NCBI GenBank assembly: GCA_032718475.1
Contig: JAUCBJ010008949.1
Coordinates: forward strand, 1-34,114
Direction of reading: 5' to 3'
Origin: Nemertoderma westbladi
Taxonomy: Eukaryota > Animalia > Xenacoelomorpha
DNA length: 34,114 nucleotides
Of this stretch, positions 18,251 through 30,344 are shown in pieces. The number at the start of each line of letters is the position of its first letter. The first letter of the stretch is position 1. The translations under genes were made by a program, and so were the position numbers. The notes below the pieces were generated by a model. The model was not told where the DNA came from. It ran no database searches and saw only the letters and a list, made by a program, of their open reading frames with translations.

Positions 18251-21160
18251 ATGTCTAGTATTATAACTATGAATTTTTTATTCCGTATCATGTACCTATG
18301 TATCCTACTAGTAATGGCTGTGAATAATCCAATCAATAAGTTCTCAGTTGCATCGTATAACTGCAACTCAGTGCGTACTCCGTCTTCCAGAAATGTTATC
18401 TCAGAGTTATGTAACCTGTCAACTGACATCATTTGTTTACAGGAGCATATGCTCCCTGTACAGGACCTGAATTATTTATCAACTTTAAATGATAAATACT
18501 TCGCCATAGGCTCGTCTCCTGTTGACTACAATAATGGTATTTTGGTAGGCAGACCATATGGGGGCGTTGCTTTCCTTTATAAACGCTGTATTGCCTCTGA
18601 AATCGAAATTGTTAATTTTAATGAACATAGAATTTTAGGTCTTCGCTTTAAAACTCGTGATAATAAATCGGTGCTATTGTTAAATATATATATGCCATAT
18701 GAAACTATCGACAATGATGATGAGTACCTAGAAATTCTGGGTAAATTGAGTAGCATAATTGACTGTGAAGTCTCCTCTTATTGTGTAATCATAGGCGACT
18801 TCAATGCTAATATCGGCTCTCGTTATCTCAATTTTGTTGACAATTGGTGCAGTGATATGAACTTGTTAATGTTAGATACTCTAATGCTCCCTCAAAGTTC
18901 TTTCACTTTTGTTAGCGCTGCTCACAATTCGTGTTCGTGGTTAGACCACATTGTATGCTCTGGCAGTGTCTCTCCATTGCTAAGTAATGTTACAATTAAT
19001 TACGATTTAAGCATTACTGACCACATGCCCTTTACCTGTTACTTTGATTTCTTGGTGGCCCCTTAACCTAATATTCATAGTAATACTAGTAATAGAACGT
19101 GTGCAGGTAACAAATGCGATTGGAATAAAGCCAATGCAACTAATATCAATGAATATCAATCAGTCTTGAACAGTCTCTTAAATACAATTGTAGTCCCTGA
19201 TACTGTATCTAACTGTGCAGATGCTCAATGTACTAATCCTGATCACTTAAGTGCAATAAACAATTTATACTGTGATATTGTTGGTGCATTGCATCTAGCC
19301 TCTGAGCGCACTATTCCAAAAAAGAAAGGTTCAGTGAACTCAAAGTTTAATGCTGTTCCGGGATGGAATGATTATGTTAAATCATTGTATGATAGGTCAA
19401 GATTATTTTTTAGAATTTGGCGTACTAACGGGTGTCCCCGAGCAGGTCCTATTCTTTTTGATTATTATCAGTCCAAGTTAGAATTTAAACGAGCACTTAA
19501 ACAGTGTAAGCGCAATGCTAATGGTATACGCGCTGATAAACTTGCGGAGTCATTATATTCGAGTAATCAAAATGACTTTTGGGCTAATGTTAAAAAGCAC
19601 TGCAGTGCACACGTACCGCTGTCCAGTAAAGTTGGCGATGCTGTGGGCGAAAAAGATATATGTGACGCCTTTAAGGAAAGATTCAAAAACTTATACAATA
19701 AAGTAAATGATGACTCCGGCAAGCACGACATTGAATCTATTTTCAGTAATATTGAGTTTAGCAATGATATGTTGGTTTCTGATGTTGAGGTAGCTGTTGC
19801 TGTAGGTAGGTTGTCTCCCGGAAAAATTGGACCTGATGGTCTGTCCAGCGAACACTATATCCATGGCACCGCGCGTCTGTTCCGCCGCCTGGCGGCTCTG
19901 TACAGTACTTTCAATGTTCATGGTCATATGAATGACGAGTTCATGCTATGCAATATTTTGCCCATCGTGAAGGACAAAAATGATGATATCACACATTTTG
20001 ATAATTATAGAGGCATAGCCCTTGCAACTATAAGTAGCAAAGTTTTGGAGCTAGTTATGCTTGAACGTTTCAGTTCTAAACTGAATACTACAGACTCTCA
20101 GTTTGGATTTAAAAGTAATTTAGGTACTGAATTATGCGTTTTCGCTTTAAAAGAAACCATACAATACTATTTAGAAAATGACAGTGCGGTGTACATATGT
20201 TTCATAGATTCCTCAAAGGCTTTCGATCTGGTTAACCATTACAAGTTATTTGATAAATTAATTAAACGTAACATTCCTCTGTTTTACATTAGGATAGTTC
20301 GATATTGGTACCGGTTTCAAGTTCTTAGTATACGATGGGGGGGTTGTATATCTAACTCGTTTGCAGTCACTAACGGCACGAAACAAGGGGGTATTTTATC
20401 GGCCTACTTCTATGCTATATATATGGACGACTTAAGTGTAGAGTTAACTAATACAAACGTAGGTTGTAAATTAAATAATAAGAGATCAAATCATCTTTTG
20501 TATGCTGATGACTTATCTTTAGCATCAAACTCGATAGCTGGTTTAAATAAGTTGATTGACACTTTCACGAGTTATGCCGACAGGCACTCTATTGTGATTA
20601 ATATGAAGAAATCTAAGTTTATGCGATACATACCGAAATCTAGTAACAACGATTTAGTTAAATATATATCGATAAATGGTAAGGCTATTGAGACAGTTAC
20701 AAAATTTAAGTACTTAGGTCATATATTTCACTCTACCACCGATGACAATTATGACATTCTAAATCAGCTATCGAGTTTATATCGTAGGGGTAATTTCCTC
20801 ATTCGTAAATTCAGCTACAGTTCTCGGGACGTTAAAGTGAAACTTTTTCGCTCATTTTGTACGCAAGTTTATTGCAGCTCGTTGTGGGCTCGAAGTAACT
20901 ACTCCATTGCAACGTACAACAAGTTTAGGGTGGCCTACAACAATATAATTAGAAAATTGTTTGGATTTCGGTATGACTCTAGTGTATCATACATGTGTGG
21001 TGCATTAAATCTGCCGAAACTCATTCATGTCCTTCACAATGCGCGGGTATCACTGTTGCATCGCGTGAACTCGTCTCAGAATAGTATTGTGCAGAGTGTG
21101 GCCATGGTGACGTTCCAGACGAGCCGTCTGATTGGTCGGTGTTCCTTGGACAGCCATTAG
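18251..21160 (+). pseudogene. LINE ORF2 (APE endonuclease + RT) with one in-frame TAA at 19064-19066
   Basis: SYNCNS, ICLQEH, GRPYGGVA, NIYMP, IGDFNA, SWLDHI, TDH.P; same frame continues after the stop (KCDWNKA...PGWND) to NYRGIAL, QFGFK, FIDSSKAFD, GTKQGGILS, LYADD, FKYLG, VAYNNIIR. Confidence 0.93.
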
Positions 21161-22195
21161 GAGGTCCAAATCGTTTATTTTGTTTTGTTTTGTTTTGTTA
21201 TTTTGTTTTGTTTTGTATTGATTTTCTTTATTCATTGCAGTTTGTGCTTCCCTGCTCGGGGCCCCACCCCACCATACCTAGCTATATTATTATAATTTGT
21301 TAATCATTATGTCTGTTGTTTAAATCAATGTGATATGGGTGTTCTTTGCCTGGCATAAATAAAAAATAAATAAAATAAAATTAGTAGGCTTAGATTATAG
21401 AGCGTATAACTGTTATCAACACAACTCAATCGGCCCAATTATCAGCGCAGTAGCGCAGCGGTACAATCTTATATTGTTATAATCTTAACCTACCGTCTTA
21501 ATGCTTTTTACTGTTGTTATTATTTGTATCAGTTGGTTGAATATTATTATTTGGAGAACATCTATAAAGAACCCAAATTTCCCAATTTTCTTGATACACT
21601 ACAGGTTAGAGAGACAGGTTACATATAGCGATTGCGACTTATATCATCGTGGTTTGTAGTGAGTTTAATGCTATTTGATAGGCACTACATGAGTCAATTG
21701 CTGTTCTCTTTATATATGATAAAATTCATTGACGGTCGGCAGATTATTGTGCAGTATTGTGTGGTACCGGTAGTGTGCATGATTGTGACTGATAACTAAG
21801 CATTTCCTAAAGAATGCGCCTCATACGTGAATCATAAGCCTTACCGACTTACCGTTGTGTTTAGTATAAGTCATATCTCTGTTTACCTAGATAGAGCGCC
21901 ACGTCCTAAAGGAACTGTTAATATTTCCCGAAAGTGAATAATATTGGTCAGAAATTATTTATTAACGATCAATCGAATAATACAGTAAGCTTACACTGCA
22001 ATAACAATCTAAGCCCTCCGAATCCAGTCTCCCGGGTATATCCAGCGGGTGAATGGACGCGCACTAGGCTGGCTTCGGCTAATGTTGTGTTTATTGGTAT
22101 TAAATATTTGTCACTTACTAAAGTCTATTTATAAACCAAAAGACATATAAATTTTGGCAGGTTAAACTGCTAAAGGTCTTCAAAAGCGCGTACAC

Positions 22196-22222
22196 TAGTA
22201 GTAGTAGTAGTAGTAGTAGTAG
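22196..22222. repeat. (TAG)9 microsatellite
   Basis: Read directly. Confidence 0.95.
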
Positions 22223-22255
22223 GTCAATTCATTGCCTGTCCTTTCTCAACCCTGG

Positions 22256-22384
22256 CCACCTTATTCAAATTTGAAAAAGGTGGATAACAAAGCTGAAAAG
22301 GGTGGACATGCTGTGTGACGCTAATCGCCCGTGATTGGTCTGTCCATTGTCCATGTTTTCTGTGTCCAGTCCACCTTTTTCAAA
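22256..22384. repeat. Inverted-repeat cassette (MITE-like remnant) upstream of COX5A
   Basis: TTTGAAAAAGGTGGA (22270-22284) is perfectly inverted at 22370-22384 and, with one mismatch, at 22256-22269. Confidence 0.8.
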
Positions 22385-22622
22385 CACCCATATAAGCAGT
22401 GCTGTATTGCAATCAAAGCGTACTATATCAGTACATACAGACGTAGGCCTACCAGTTTGCAGTTCTGGTTCTGCAGTTACCAGTATCTTGGTACCGGTAT
22501 TGAAATATCTTACAGCTGCAGTGTACTGTTCGCAAGGATTCAGGATTAGCAAACGGTATTATAATAATACTGTAATCTCCTATTACAATATTATAATACA
22601 GTAATAACAGACAGACCGAATA

Positions 22623-23357
22623 ATGCAACGGATGATCTTACAAACCGGGCGGGTGTCTGCTTGTCGGACACCAACCGGTTTAACTACGTTACGACGTCGA
22701 CTGAGCGACGCAGTAGCGACTACCTCACGACCACAAACCATCCCATACCCGGGCAGCGAAATGATGACGAGACCAACAATAGAGACCAAAGACATTAACA
22801 ACGCGTACGATGTGTTTCTCTACAACAATCGGTTCGATAATCGCGGCGACGAGGATTTAAAATCGGAATGGAGCGAGATGGACTCGCGACTCAAGTTGTA
22901 CTACGAGTGGGCGGCGTACCGAGTGAAACTGTGGCGTGACGCAGCCACCCACGTCCCGGGGCACAGCCACCTCCGAGAGATTCCCGCCATCACCGGCAAC
23001 CACTTCTGGGGGCCGCACTTCGCCTCTGGAGAGACGGATGTTGAGTTCGACCGGCGTTGGATGGCTTACTTCAACCGCGAGGAGATCTCCGATTGGGAAC
23101 TCCGGCACGGGATCAACACACTGCTCGGTTACGATTGCATCCCCGAGCCCCAGATCGTTGAGGCCGTGCTGCGCGCCTGTAGACGACAGGACAACTTTGC
23201 GCTCGCTCTTCGAATGATGCAGATATTGCAGCACAAGACGGAGTTGTACCCGGTGGTTTACAAGTATTTGCTGCAGGAGTTAGAACCTTGTATGAAGGAG
23301 TTGGGAATCCCAGATCCTGAATCACTAGGATTGGGTTTCTATACCTACCCCATTTAA
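22623..23357 (+). CDS. COX5A: Cytochrome c oxidase subunit 5A-like, mitochondrial precursor; intronless CDS, N-terminally extended
   Basis: ETDVEFDRRW.AYFN...I..WELRHGINTLLGYD.IPEP.IVEA.LRACRR..NFALA.R...Y.YLLQEL.P...ELGI..PE.LG matches the COX Va family; Arg/Thr/Ser-rich, acid-free N-terminus resembles a mitochondrial presequence; AATAAA at the stop and at ~23468. Confidence 0.92.
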   Translation: MQRMILQTGRVSACRTPTGLTTLRRRLSDAVATTSRPQTIPYPGSEMMTRPTIETKDINNAYDVFLYNNRFDNRGDEDLKSEWSEMDSRLKLYYEWAAYRVKLWRDAATHVPGHSHLREIPAITGNHFWGPHFASGETDVEFDRRWMAYFNREEISDWELRHGINTLLGYDCIPEPQIVEAVLRACRRQDNFALALRMMQILQHKTELYPVVYKYLLQELEPCMKELGIPDPESLGLGFYTYPI

Positions 23358-25429
23358 TAAAAAAAACACTTTAAAACTTGTGTAGCAAGATCAACTACTA
23401 AACTAGATTAACTGTTGGAATTCGTTGTGAAGATAGCTTTTAGACAAATATATCAACTCGATTGTAAATAAATAAAATATGTTTTTAGATTATAACACAA
23501 TAATGCACCGATAGAGTAACATTACATTGATTAAAATATCGTGGCCGACCGGTCTAGTTGCCGATTATAAAAGCTTTTAAGTCACAAACAAATAATTATT
23601 TGTCCTTACATCGGATTTCACTCAAACTCAAATTTAAATTAATATTATATATACCAGGAGATTTCATAAATGAATGAAATTTTAAAACCTTCTTACAATT
23701 AATTATATAATATGCTTTATAAATCCATATATGATAATTCCATTGGCCCAAGTGCCTCTATGTTCTATGGGATGTCTGATATTCCCCAAAATGTCCAAGA
23801 TATCGCAGCTATAAGTTTGGTTTATAGCTTTGTTTCCTTTATCGGTACTCTATTGTTTTATAATCTGTTTTCACTTGTAGACTGTAGAGTGGCAGGTTCG
23901 TTTGCATATTGTATTAGATCTCGATAATAAATTATTGTAACTGAATTGGCTTCGTTTGAGTTAAAATATCAACTGAAAAATAATTAATCCAGGCTGGGCA
24001 ATGTTAATGGGTAAAGAGGATTACCTAGGGTATCTGCCTGGTGGCGCCCAAACCCACACGTTGGCTCTTCCATCTGGGTACTTTTTTTTCTTTTTTTTAG
24101 TGCAACGGTATCCATCGGTGAGTTAATGGCTCAAAATGACCGCAAATACCAAATATATATTTGGTGGGTTTAAAAACTTAATTTGATTTCATTTAACACA
24201 TTAAGGTGAGGTTACATTGGGGGTTGTTTCTATCCAAAAAAATAAACGAAACTTTATTTCATATGCGATCAATTATCGTCGGAGATCACTTTTTCACTGC
24301 TGTCAATCAAAACTCATCGAAACATCTTAATAGCGTGATGTAATTTCCAATTTCCCTAAAGTTCGCGAAGGTAATGGACTGATATTTATTTATAGATGGG
24401 TTGTCAGGGTTTTTTTTCTAAATATGTTCCTAAAATTTATAAATGAAAATAGTGATTTCTAAATTTTTTAACCTTGTCTAGAAATATTTCTAAAACTAAA
24501 AATAACAAATTTAAAATTATAAATTTTACTAGAAAGTAGAAACACCTATATCAGAATTTAACATTCAGATATTAGCCATATATAATGTCAAATATATTCA
24601 ACTATATTTAAACTATACCTTTAGATAAATATAGATACCAATATCATATCCATCAATATATATATCTATTTAACTGTCTATAATATCAAATAATAAACTT
24701 GTGCTATTATTTCTACGTAGATTGACATAGACTGTACAATCATCACAGTCTAACAGTGTTTCACTGACATTCCCGTAATTTAAAGTCGTTTTATAGTACT
24801 TTACAAGGAAACCTATAAAATATAATGGCTGGGGTTGATTGTACAGTTAGCTGAGGGTGAGCCGGTCATAGTAGAAAGGGACCAAGTGCGACCGGGTGGT
24901 AATCCTACCGGGAACCTTAGGCATTCAACACGGCCTGGGTTTATGTAAATTTATTTATTTATTTCACAATTAATATTAAAATTTAAATCGGAAAAACACA
25001 GATTAAAATATTAAAATTAAAGGGAGAAAATTACCAAGGTTCCCTTCCGGGAGCACTAATAGGTAACCTAGCATCGGATCGGAATACTCATTTCGAAACC
25101 TTTACTAAATAAAGGTAAATGGCTAACTTATAAGTTAATACAAATGCAATTGCATGCGCGTAAATAATGAAGGGGGTGTTCTTTTTTTCCTTTCGAAAGC
25201 CGTTTAAGTTCTATATTTATGCCTTTCGAAGAGTTTGTTATTGATTACGGTAACAATTACGATAACTGCCTACAGAAAACCTGATACTGAAGTAGAAAAA
25301 AGTTAATTTAGGAACGTGATCATAATTCGAATCAAATTTCCCTCCAGTTCCTTATGTATAAAGAAAAATATAAGCATTTAATTGAATTTAAACAACAAAA
25401 ACTTTAAACTCATTATCTCAAAATCATAT

Positions 25430-25800
25430 TTTTCTTTGTTGGCCCTTTCTACCGTGACCATCACCAATGATATCGAGTATTCCTTCCCAATTAAACCGTG
25501 CTAAAGCACGATGGACTGGAGCTCCGACAATTCGCCCCCTAGCGGCAGACAGAGGAACTGTAAAAGTCTGTCTGTGTGTATAAGTTAGAATTAAGCAATG
25601 CTCGTAGGTTACTACTATACTACCAAATTTCACATGAATCTGATGGTTGGTTCTATAATTACAGCTACTTTTACGTTTCTGTCAATTCGCCCCCTAACGG
25701 CAGACAGATAGATGTCTGTCTGTGTGTAGAATTTCTAAAGATCAAATAACTTTGGTTTCCTAAACAAAATTTATATTTTATAAATTTTTTCTAACCGTTT
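25430..25800. repeat. Non-autonomous repeat fragment related to those at 4.1-4.5 kb
   Basis: CGTGC-TAAA-GCACG hairpin at 25497-25510, two CAATTCGCCCCCTARCGGCAGACAGA...GTCTGTCTGTGTGTA units, TACCAAATTTCA motif. Confidence 0.6.
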
Positions 25801-26417
25801 AGAAACTGGAAACACGGTGAATCTTTTGAAAAAAAAAAACCTGTAAGACCCCCATGCCCTATTTTATTTTCTTTGTAAAAGCATTCAGTAAAATGTTAAA
25901 ACGAAATGTCCTTACTCACTTGCTGCACCTTTTTATTTTTGGGTTCAATTTTCTGCATACATTTTGTGTTAATACATACTACAGAGTACAATGTGAATGT
26001 CCAGTAGGCCTACATATGTAGTAGTAATAAAGAGTTGTCATTTTTTCCGCTCCATTTGCTATAGAGTTGGATCATCCTTAGCCCTGTTTAATTACTTATT
26101 AATTTATACAATCTATGGATGTTAAACACATAATATACAATAAAGAGTTTACTTTGGCAGATATAGCACACTACACTTACCAGCTTACACCTGGACCTGA
26201 CATCTGCACATGGAAGTATCATATAGTAATATTGAAAAGTTCAACTGATTTTGATATGGGTTATACTGTAGTTGTCATCAATAATCCGACTGTTGTCCTA
26301 CGCGTCTACGGCCTCATTGAATTGGACCCGCTTATTCTGGTTGATCAATTTCTCAGCCCACCCCGTATTATTTGGGAGGGAATTTCAAGTTGCATTTCAT
26401 GCTGATTGGCCGAACAT

Positions 26418-26665
26418 ATGCATGGCTGTATGGTGTTGTAGGTAACCAGTTTCGTTCGACTTCCGACATCCAGACATGTCAGGCAGGACGTACCGGTACC
26501 AGTGCTGCAGTTCTTTTACCGTACAAAACAAATGCATGGCTGTATGGTGTTGTAGGTCTTCAGTTAAGGTAAGAAGGTAACCAGTTTCGTTCGACTTCCG
26601 ACAGCAAACAGTCAGGCAGGACGTACCCTTGTTGCAGTTCTTCTACCGTACAAATGCAATGCATA
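26418..26665. repeat. Two diverged tandem copies of a ~114-127 bp unit
   Basis: ATGCATGGCTGTATGGTGTTGTAGGT at 26418 and 26532; AACCAGTTTCGTTCGACTTCCGACA and GTCAGGCAGGACGTACC in both. Confidence 0.9.
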
Positions 26666-27397
26666 GGAATATTCCTGTATTCTGTTTGTATGGTAGTCCA
26701 GATCCAATCCAACGCACTGCCTTACGTCATTGCAGTATTTTTTTGTTTGGTTACCTAGTGGGTCAGTGGGTAGAGCAGGCCTAGTGTAGAAATGGAAATA
26801 TACACTGAAACAGTATATTATTAGGCCCACATTATAATTTTGTTTGTATAGGCCTACTAATACAATAATAGACAATAGATACTTTATACCAGTCAGCCAG
26901 TACTAACTTACTATATATATCTAATAATGTAAGACAGTCTAACTTAGCTTCACCCTGGCTGGATGTATGTTCAAAACTCTGTCTATGCTTGTGCATGTTA
27001 TCAGGCAGTCAGGTTATTGGTTTAACTGTAATGTAATAATATAGGGCCTAATATGCACTGTTTACAATCTTGTAAAGTAAGTGGCATTGCCAAACGGCCT
27101 AACTGCCTAATGCAAACCTGGAAAGCTTTGAAAGACCATTGCGCATTGCCTGATTCGATTGCCCTTTTTTGCTACCTACAGACCTAACTTGCTAGCTATG
27201 AAATATAATAATACCCGGCTACCCGGTGCCAGTACTGTACTTTGTGGTGATGTTCACCTCGCATTACGCATATACGTCTGTACGTACGTAGGAAAGGAAC
27301 TGGCACCGACAACCGCCAACCCGATGCCGGATCAGTCGGCGGTAGCATAATGTTAATAAATCGATCGTATTCGTACATTGTCTGATTATTAGCATGG

Positions 27398-28345
27398 CAG
27401 GCCCGGACCAGGTTGGAATTTATGTAGAGTTTGCTCAACATGTGTGGCGCGGATTAAGGATCCTGGCGCGTAGTGACAGGGGCGTGTGGCGCGGATTAAG
27501 GATCCTGACGCGTAGTGACAGGGGCGTGTGGCGCGCATTGAGGATCCTGGCGGTCCTGGCGCGAATATTGAATATGGATGTAGGGTTTAGTGTAGGATGT
27601 AGCGTAGCAGTGCACTGGCAACACATCCCACTCTACAGCTCTATTTGAAATTATTCCATAGGTTTAAAAAGATTGAAAAATGTCCGCTCGCTTCGCTCGC
27701 GTTTATACTGTAAGCCTACTCTTAGCACTGTCTGGCTGTGGACAAATGGAAACGGACAGATTGAGCATGAGAGCATGACCATTAAAAACATGACTTGTTT
27801 CAAAAGTTTTTCAATTGTCAGATTCTTCAAACCAATAAAACCATGACAGCCTGCCTGCTGCCTGCCTGCATGATTCAGCAGAATTTCCGTGCTCGCTACG
27901 CTCGCCAGCTCGCAATTTAATGACATCTGCATTTCTGCATTTGAAAACAGTCGGTTTGCCTACTTTAAATGCTGAAATGTTAAAATTTTCGTGCTCGCTA
28001 CGCTACGCTCGCATTTGATCACATCTGCATTTAAAAACAGTCAGTTGACGCTGACCTACTACTACTACTACTACAACTACAGCACTATCTGACTATTACT
28101 GTCAGACTGTATTTATGTTAACATAATTGGAAAATTTCCTTGCTCGCTACGCTCGCATGTTAATGATAAAATACTGTAGGGCTACAGCATTATAAACTGA
28201 TAAATTATTACAATTAAGCAATTACTGCAAAATTTCATAGTCAATTGTTGGCTTGGCGCGCATTAGATATCATGGCTGGCGCGATTTTCGTATAACCAGG
28301 ACGCGTGTGGCGCGCTTTTTGTCAGTATTCCATATAGGGGCCCGG
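27398..28345. mobile_element. Probable non-autonomous DNA transposon just upstream of PAXBP1
   Basis: TGGCGCG clusters at both ends and four internal GCTCGCTWCGCT(ACGCT)CGC motifs (~27686, 27891, 27993, 28142); TIRs and TSD not established. Confidence 0.4.
27442..27563. repeat. 42-bp GC-rich tandem repeat (~2.7 copies)
   Basis: GTGTGGCGCGGATTAAGGATCCTGRCGCGTAGTGACAGGGGC at 27442 and 27484, partial copy at 27526. Confidence 0.93.
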
Positions 28346-28459
28346 ATGTTCCGACTTCCGATACAAACAGGCGGTAACCTGGTAACGGCCACGGTGTACG
28401 GATTCACAAATAATTCTTAAAACACTTACTAATAAGCGTTACGTTCAACTGGATTCAAT

Positions 28460-28709
28460 ATGTTTAAAAAACCACGAAAATTACGCCAACGACGGAATTC
28501 CTCTGATTCCGACGTCGACGAGCTGCTGTATGGGGAGAAACTAGATGTCATTCCCGCCCCCACGGTGGTACAGAAACCAGCGGATTCCGTCACAGCATCG
28601 ATCTCATCCACGGTGGAAGTCACTAAAAAGGAAAAGAAAACGAAGAAAACAACTTCAGAGGTTGAGAAAACGAAAAATGTGTTAAGTTTCCTAGACGAAG
28701 AAGATGAAG
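28460..28709 (+). CDS. PAXBP1: PAXBP1/GCFC-family splicing-associated protein, coding exon 1
   Basis: MFKKPRKLRQRRNSSDSD...LSFLDEEDE matches the family N-terminus (MF.K.....R.R...LSF.DEEE); donor G|GTTAAG at 28710, phase 1. Confidence 0.8.
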
Positions 28710-28737
28710 GTTAAGTTTGCTTTAATTATTAAGTTAA

Positions 28738-30344
28738 GGGGGGGGTACACCCCCCTATGGACCTTTTTTGCAAATGGCTATAATTTCTGCTTGTGTGTAA
28801 TTTTGTATATTTTATACCTTTCGGGGGATTAACATATGGCCAAAGATTGGGTTCAAATAAAAAATTTTCAAATTTGCGTCGCCCTCTAGCGGCCACCAGC
28901 GAAATTGTTAATTTCACTAAAAACACTACTAGTCTCACAATTTTGGGCGAAAATTTTCGAAACTTGGTTTTTCTGAATCAGCATCTTCGGCTCCACAAAA
29001 CTTATCGGTTACATTTTTTATTTAGGTCTTAAATATTTTTTAAATATTATTAACTAATATTAATTATTATTTAATAGATATTAACTAATTTCAAGAAATT
29101 AATATGGCACAATTCAAAATTCTAACCGATAACTTTTGATCAAAACCCGAAAAGAAATCAAACAAAAAAAAAATTTCGAAAATTGGTTAAGAAATGGCTG
29201 AGTAGTAGTATTTTGAATGTGAAAAATACAATTCCGAGATAAACGCATTTAAAGTTTAAGAACAATATATTTCAAATGTTCCCGCTATTTTCAGTACTGG
29301 TATCTCCTTTTCTTTTCCCATTGGTTATCCCCTACCCATATTTTGTGATTTCTCAATGGATTTAATGAAATTTGGTTCAAAAAACCCCTACCCACTTTTA
29401 ACAACCTGTTAAAATAATTTTAGAGTGCTTGCCAAAAAACACTTCGCGCAGCACGTGAACAAATTACATTTTGGCGTATTGATTTGATCGCATACTATTT
29501 CGTCATTTAGTAATAAATAGTCATGGAATAATGAGATAACCTTAAGAAACATTCAAAATTATATAAAAATTTCCACATAATTTTATAATAAGCCTTTACA
29601 CAGACATTAAGCTTTGGGCAGCACGTGAAACCTTCGCGCAGCACGTGAGACATTTGCGCAGCAGGTGAAGGTTTCACGTAGCACTTAAATTCTTCATAAA
29701 GCATGTTAATTAATCGAGCACCTCGGAAAGCTTTTTGATCAGAATGAGAAGCCTTCACGCGGCACATGAAAAGTTCATGCTGCACTTGAAGACTTCGCGC
29801 AGCACGTGAATTATTCTCAGAGCCTGCGGAATTTAAAAAAAATAAGTTTATGGTTGTTTCCCAGAATAATTATTACTAGCTATTGTTATATGATGGTTCA
29901 CATTTGTTATTACTAGTAGACAACTAGTCCATTAGACAACTGTTCAATATGTAATACAAAACTCACAAATATCTATTAAATATATATTAATTAAAATTTG
30001 ACGGACATGTTGACAGACAGACAGACATACAAACAGACAGACGAACTGAGAGACAGACTGAGATACAGACATAGTGATTAGATAATTCCAAATATTAAAA
30101 CAGACATCGACATTAAGAAAAATCCTAACAGTAAACATTTCAGATTGCTTATTTTATGCCCTTTTTAATATTTCGATGGACAGACAGACAGACATACAGA
30201 CGGAAAACCAGCCATTACTCGTGAAGTAAAAGAGATCTCGCTAAGCCGTTTCCAGATTTGAAATCCGCATTAAATTATACTCTAGATGAAATAAAAAAAC
30301 AAAAAATGAAAATTTTGACCTGAGGGGGGGTGTACCCCCCCCCC
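28738..30344. mobile_element. Non-autonomous DNA transposon, Kolobok-type, in PAXBP1 intron 1
   Basis: TTAA|GGGGGGGGTACACCCCCCT...AGGGGGGGTGTACCCCCCCCCC|TTAA: TIRs with RR...YY ends and TTAA TSD; no transposase ORF. Confidence 0.85.
29443..29810. repeat. Degenerate ~20-21 bp repeat array (TTCGCGCAGCACGTGA) inside the Kolobok-type element
   Basis: Near-perfect copies at ~29443, 29635, 29794 and several decayed copies between them. Confidence 0.8.

Larger units (their letters stand above)
16600..21380 (+). mobile_element. Near full-length two-ORF LINE (Proto2/RTEX-like)
   Basis: ORF1, spacer, APE-RT ORF2, 3' UTR with (TTTTG)n at ~21177-21215 and (TAAA/TAAAA)n tail ending at 21380. 5' end uncertain (16380-16620); no TSD identified. 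Confidence 0.92.

Noticed and set aside
18251-18330. Signal-peptide-like hydrophobic leader on LINE ORF2
   Set aside because: AT-rich spacer naturally gives I/F/L/Y codons; a later Met (MAVNN) directly precedes the APE domain.
24826-25060. GC-richer island resembling a tRNA or SINE head
   Set aside because: No convincing B box or cloverleaf; only a 9-bp inverted match (GGGAACCTT/AAGGTTCCC).
25380-26203. Possible minus-strand micro-exon chain (26203-26181, 25952-25920, then 25500 downward) reading VRSRCKL-KIEPKNKKVQQ-HGLIG...
   Set aside because: Splice sites are canonical and phase-compatible, but the last acceptor falls in a repeat hairpin, no start exon was found and no homology was recognised. 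RNA-seq would be needed.
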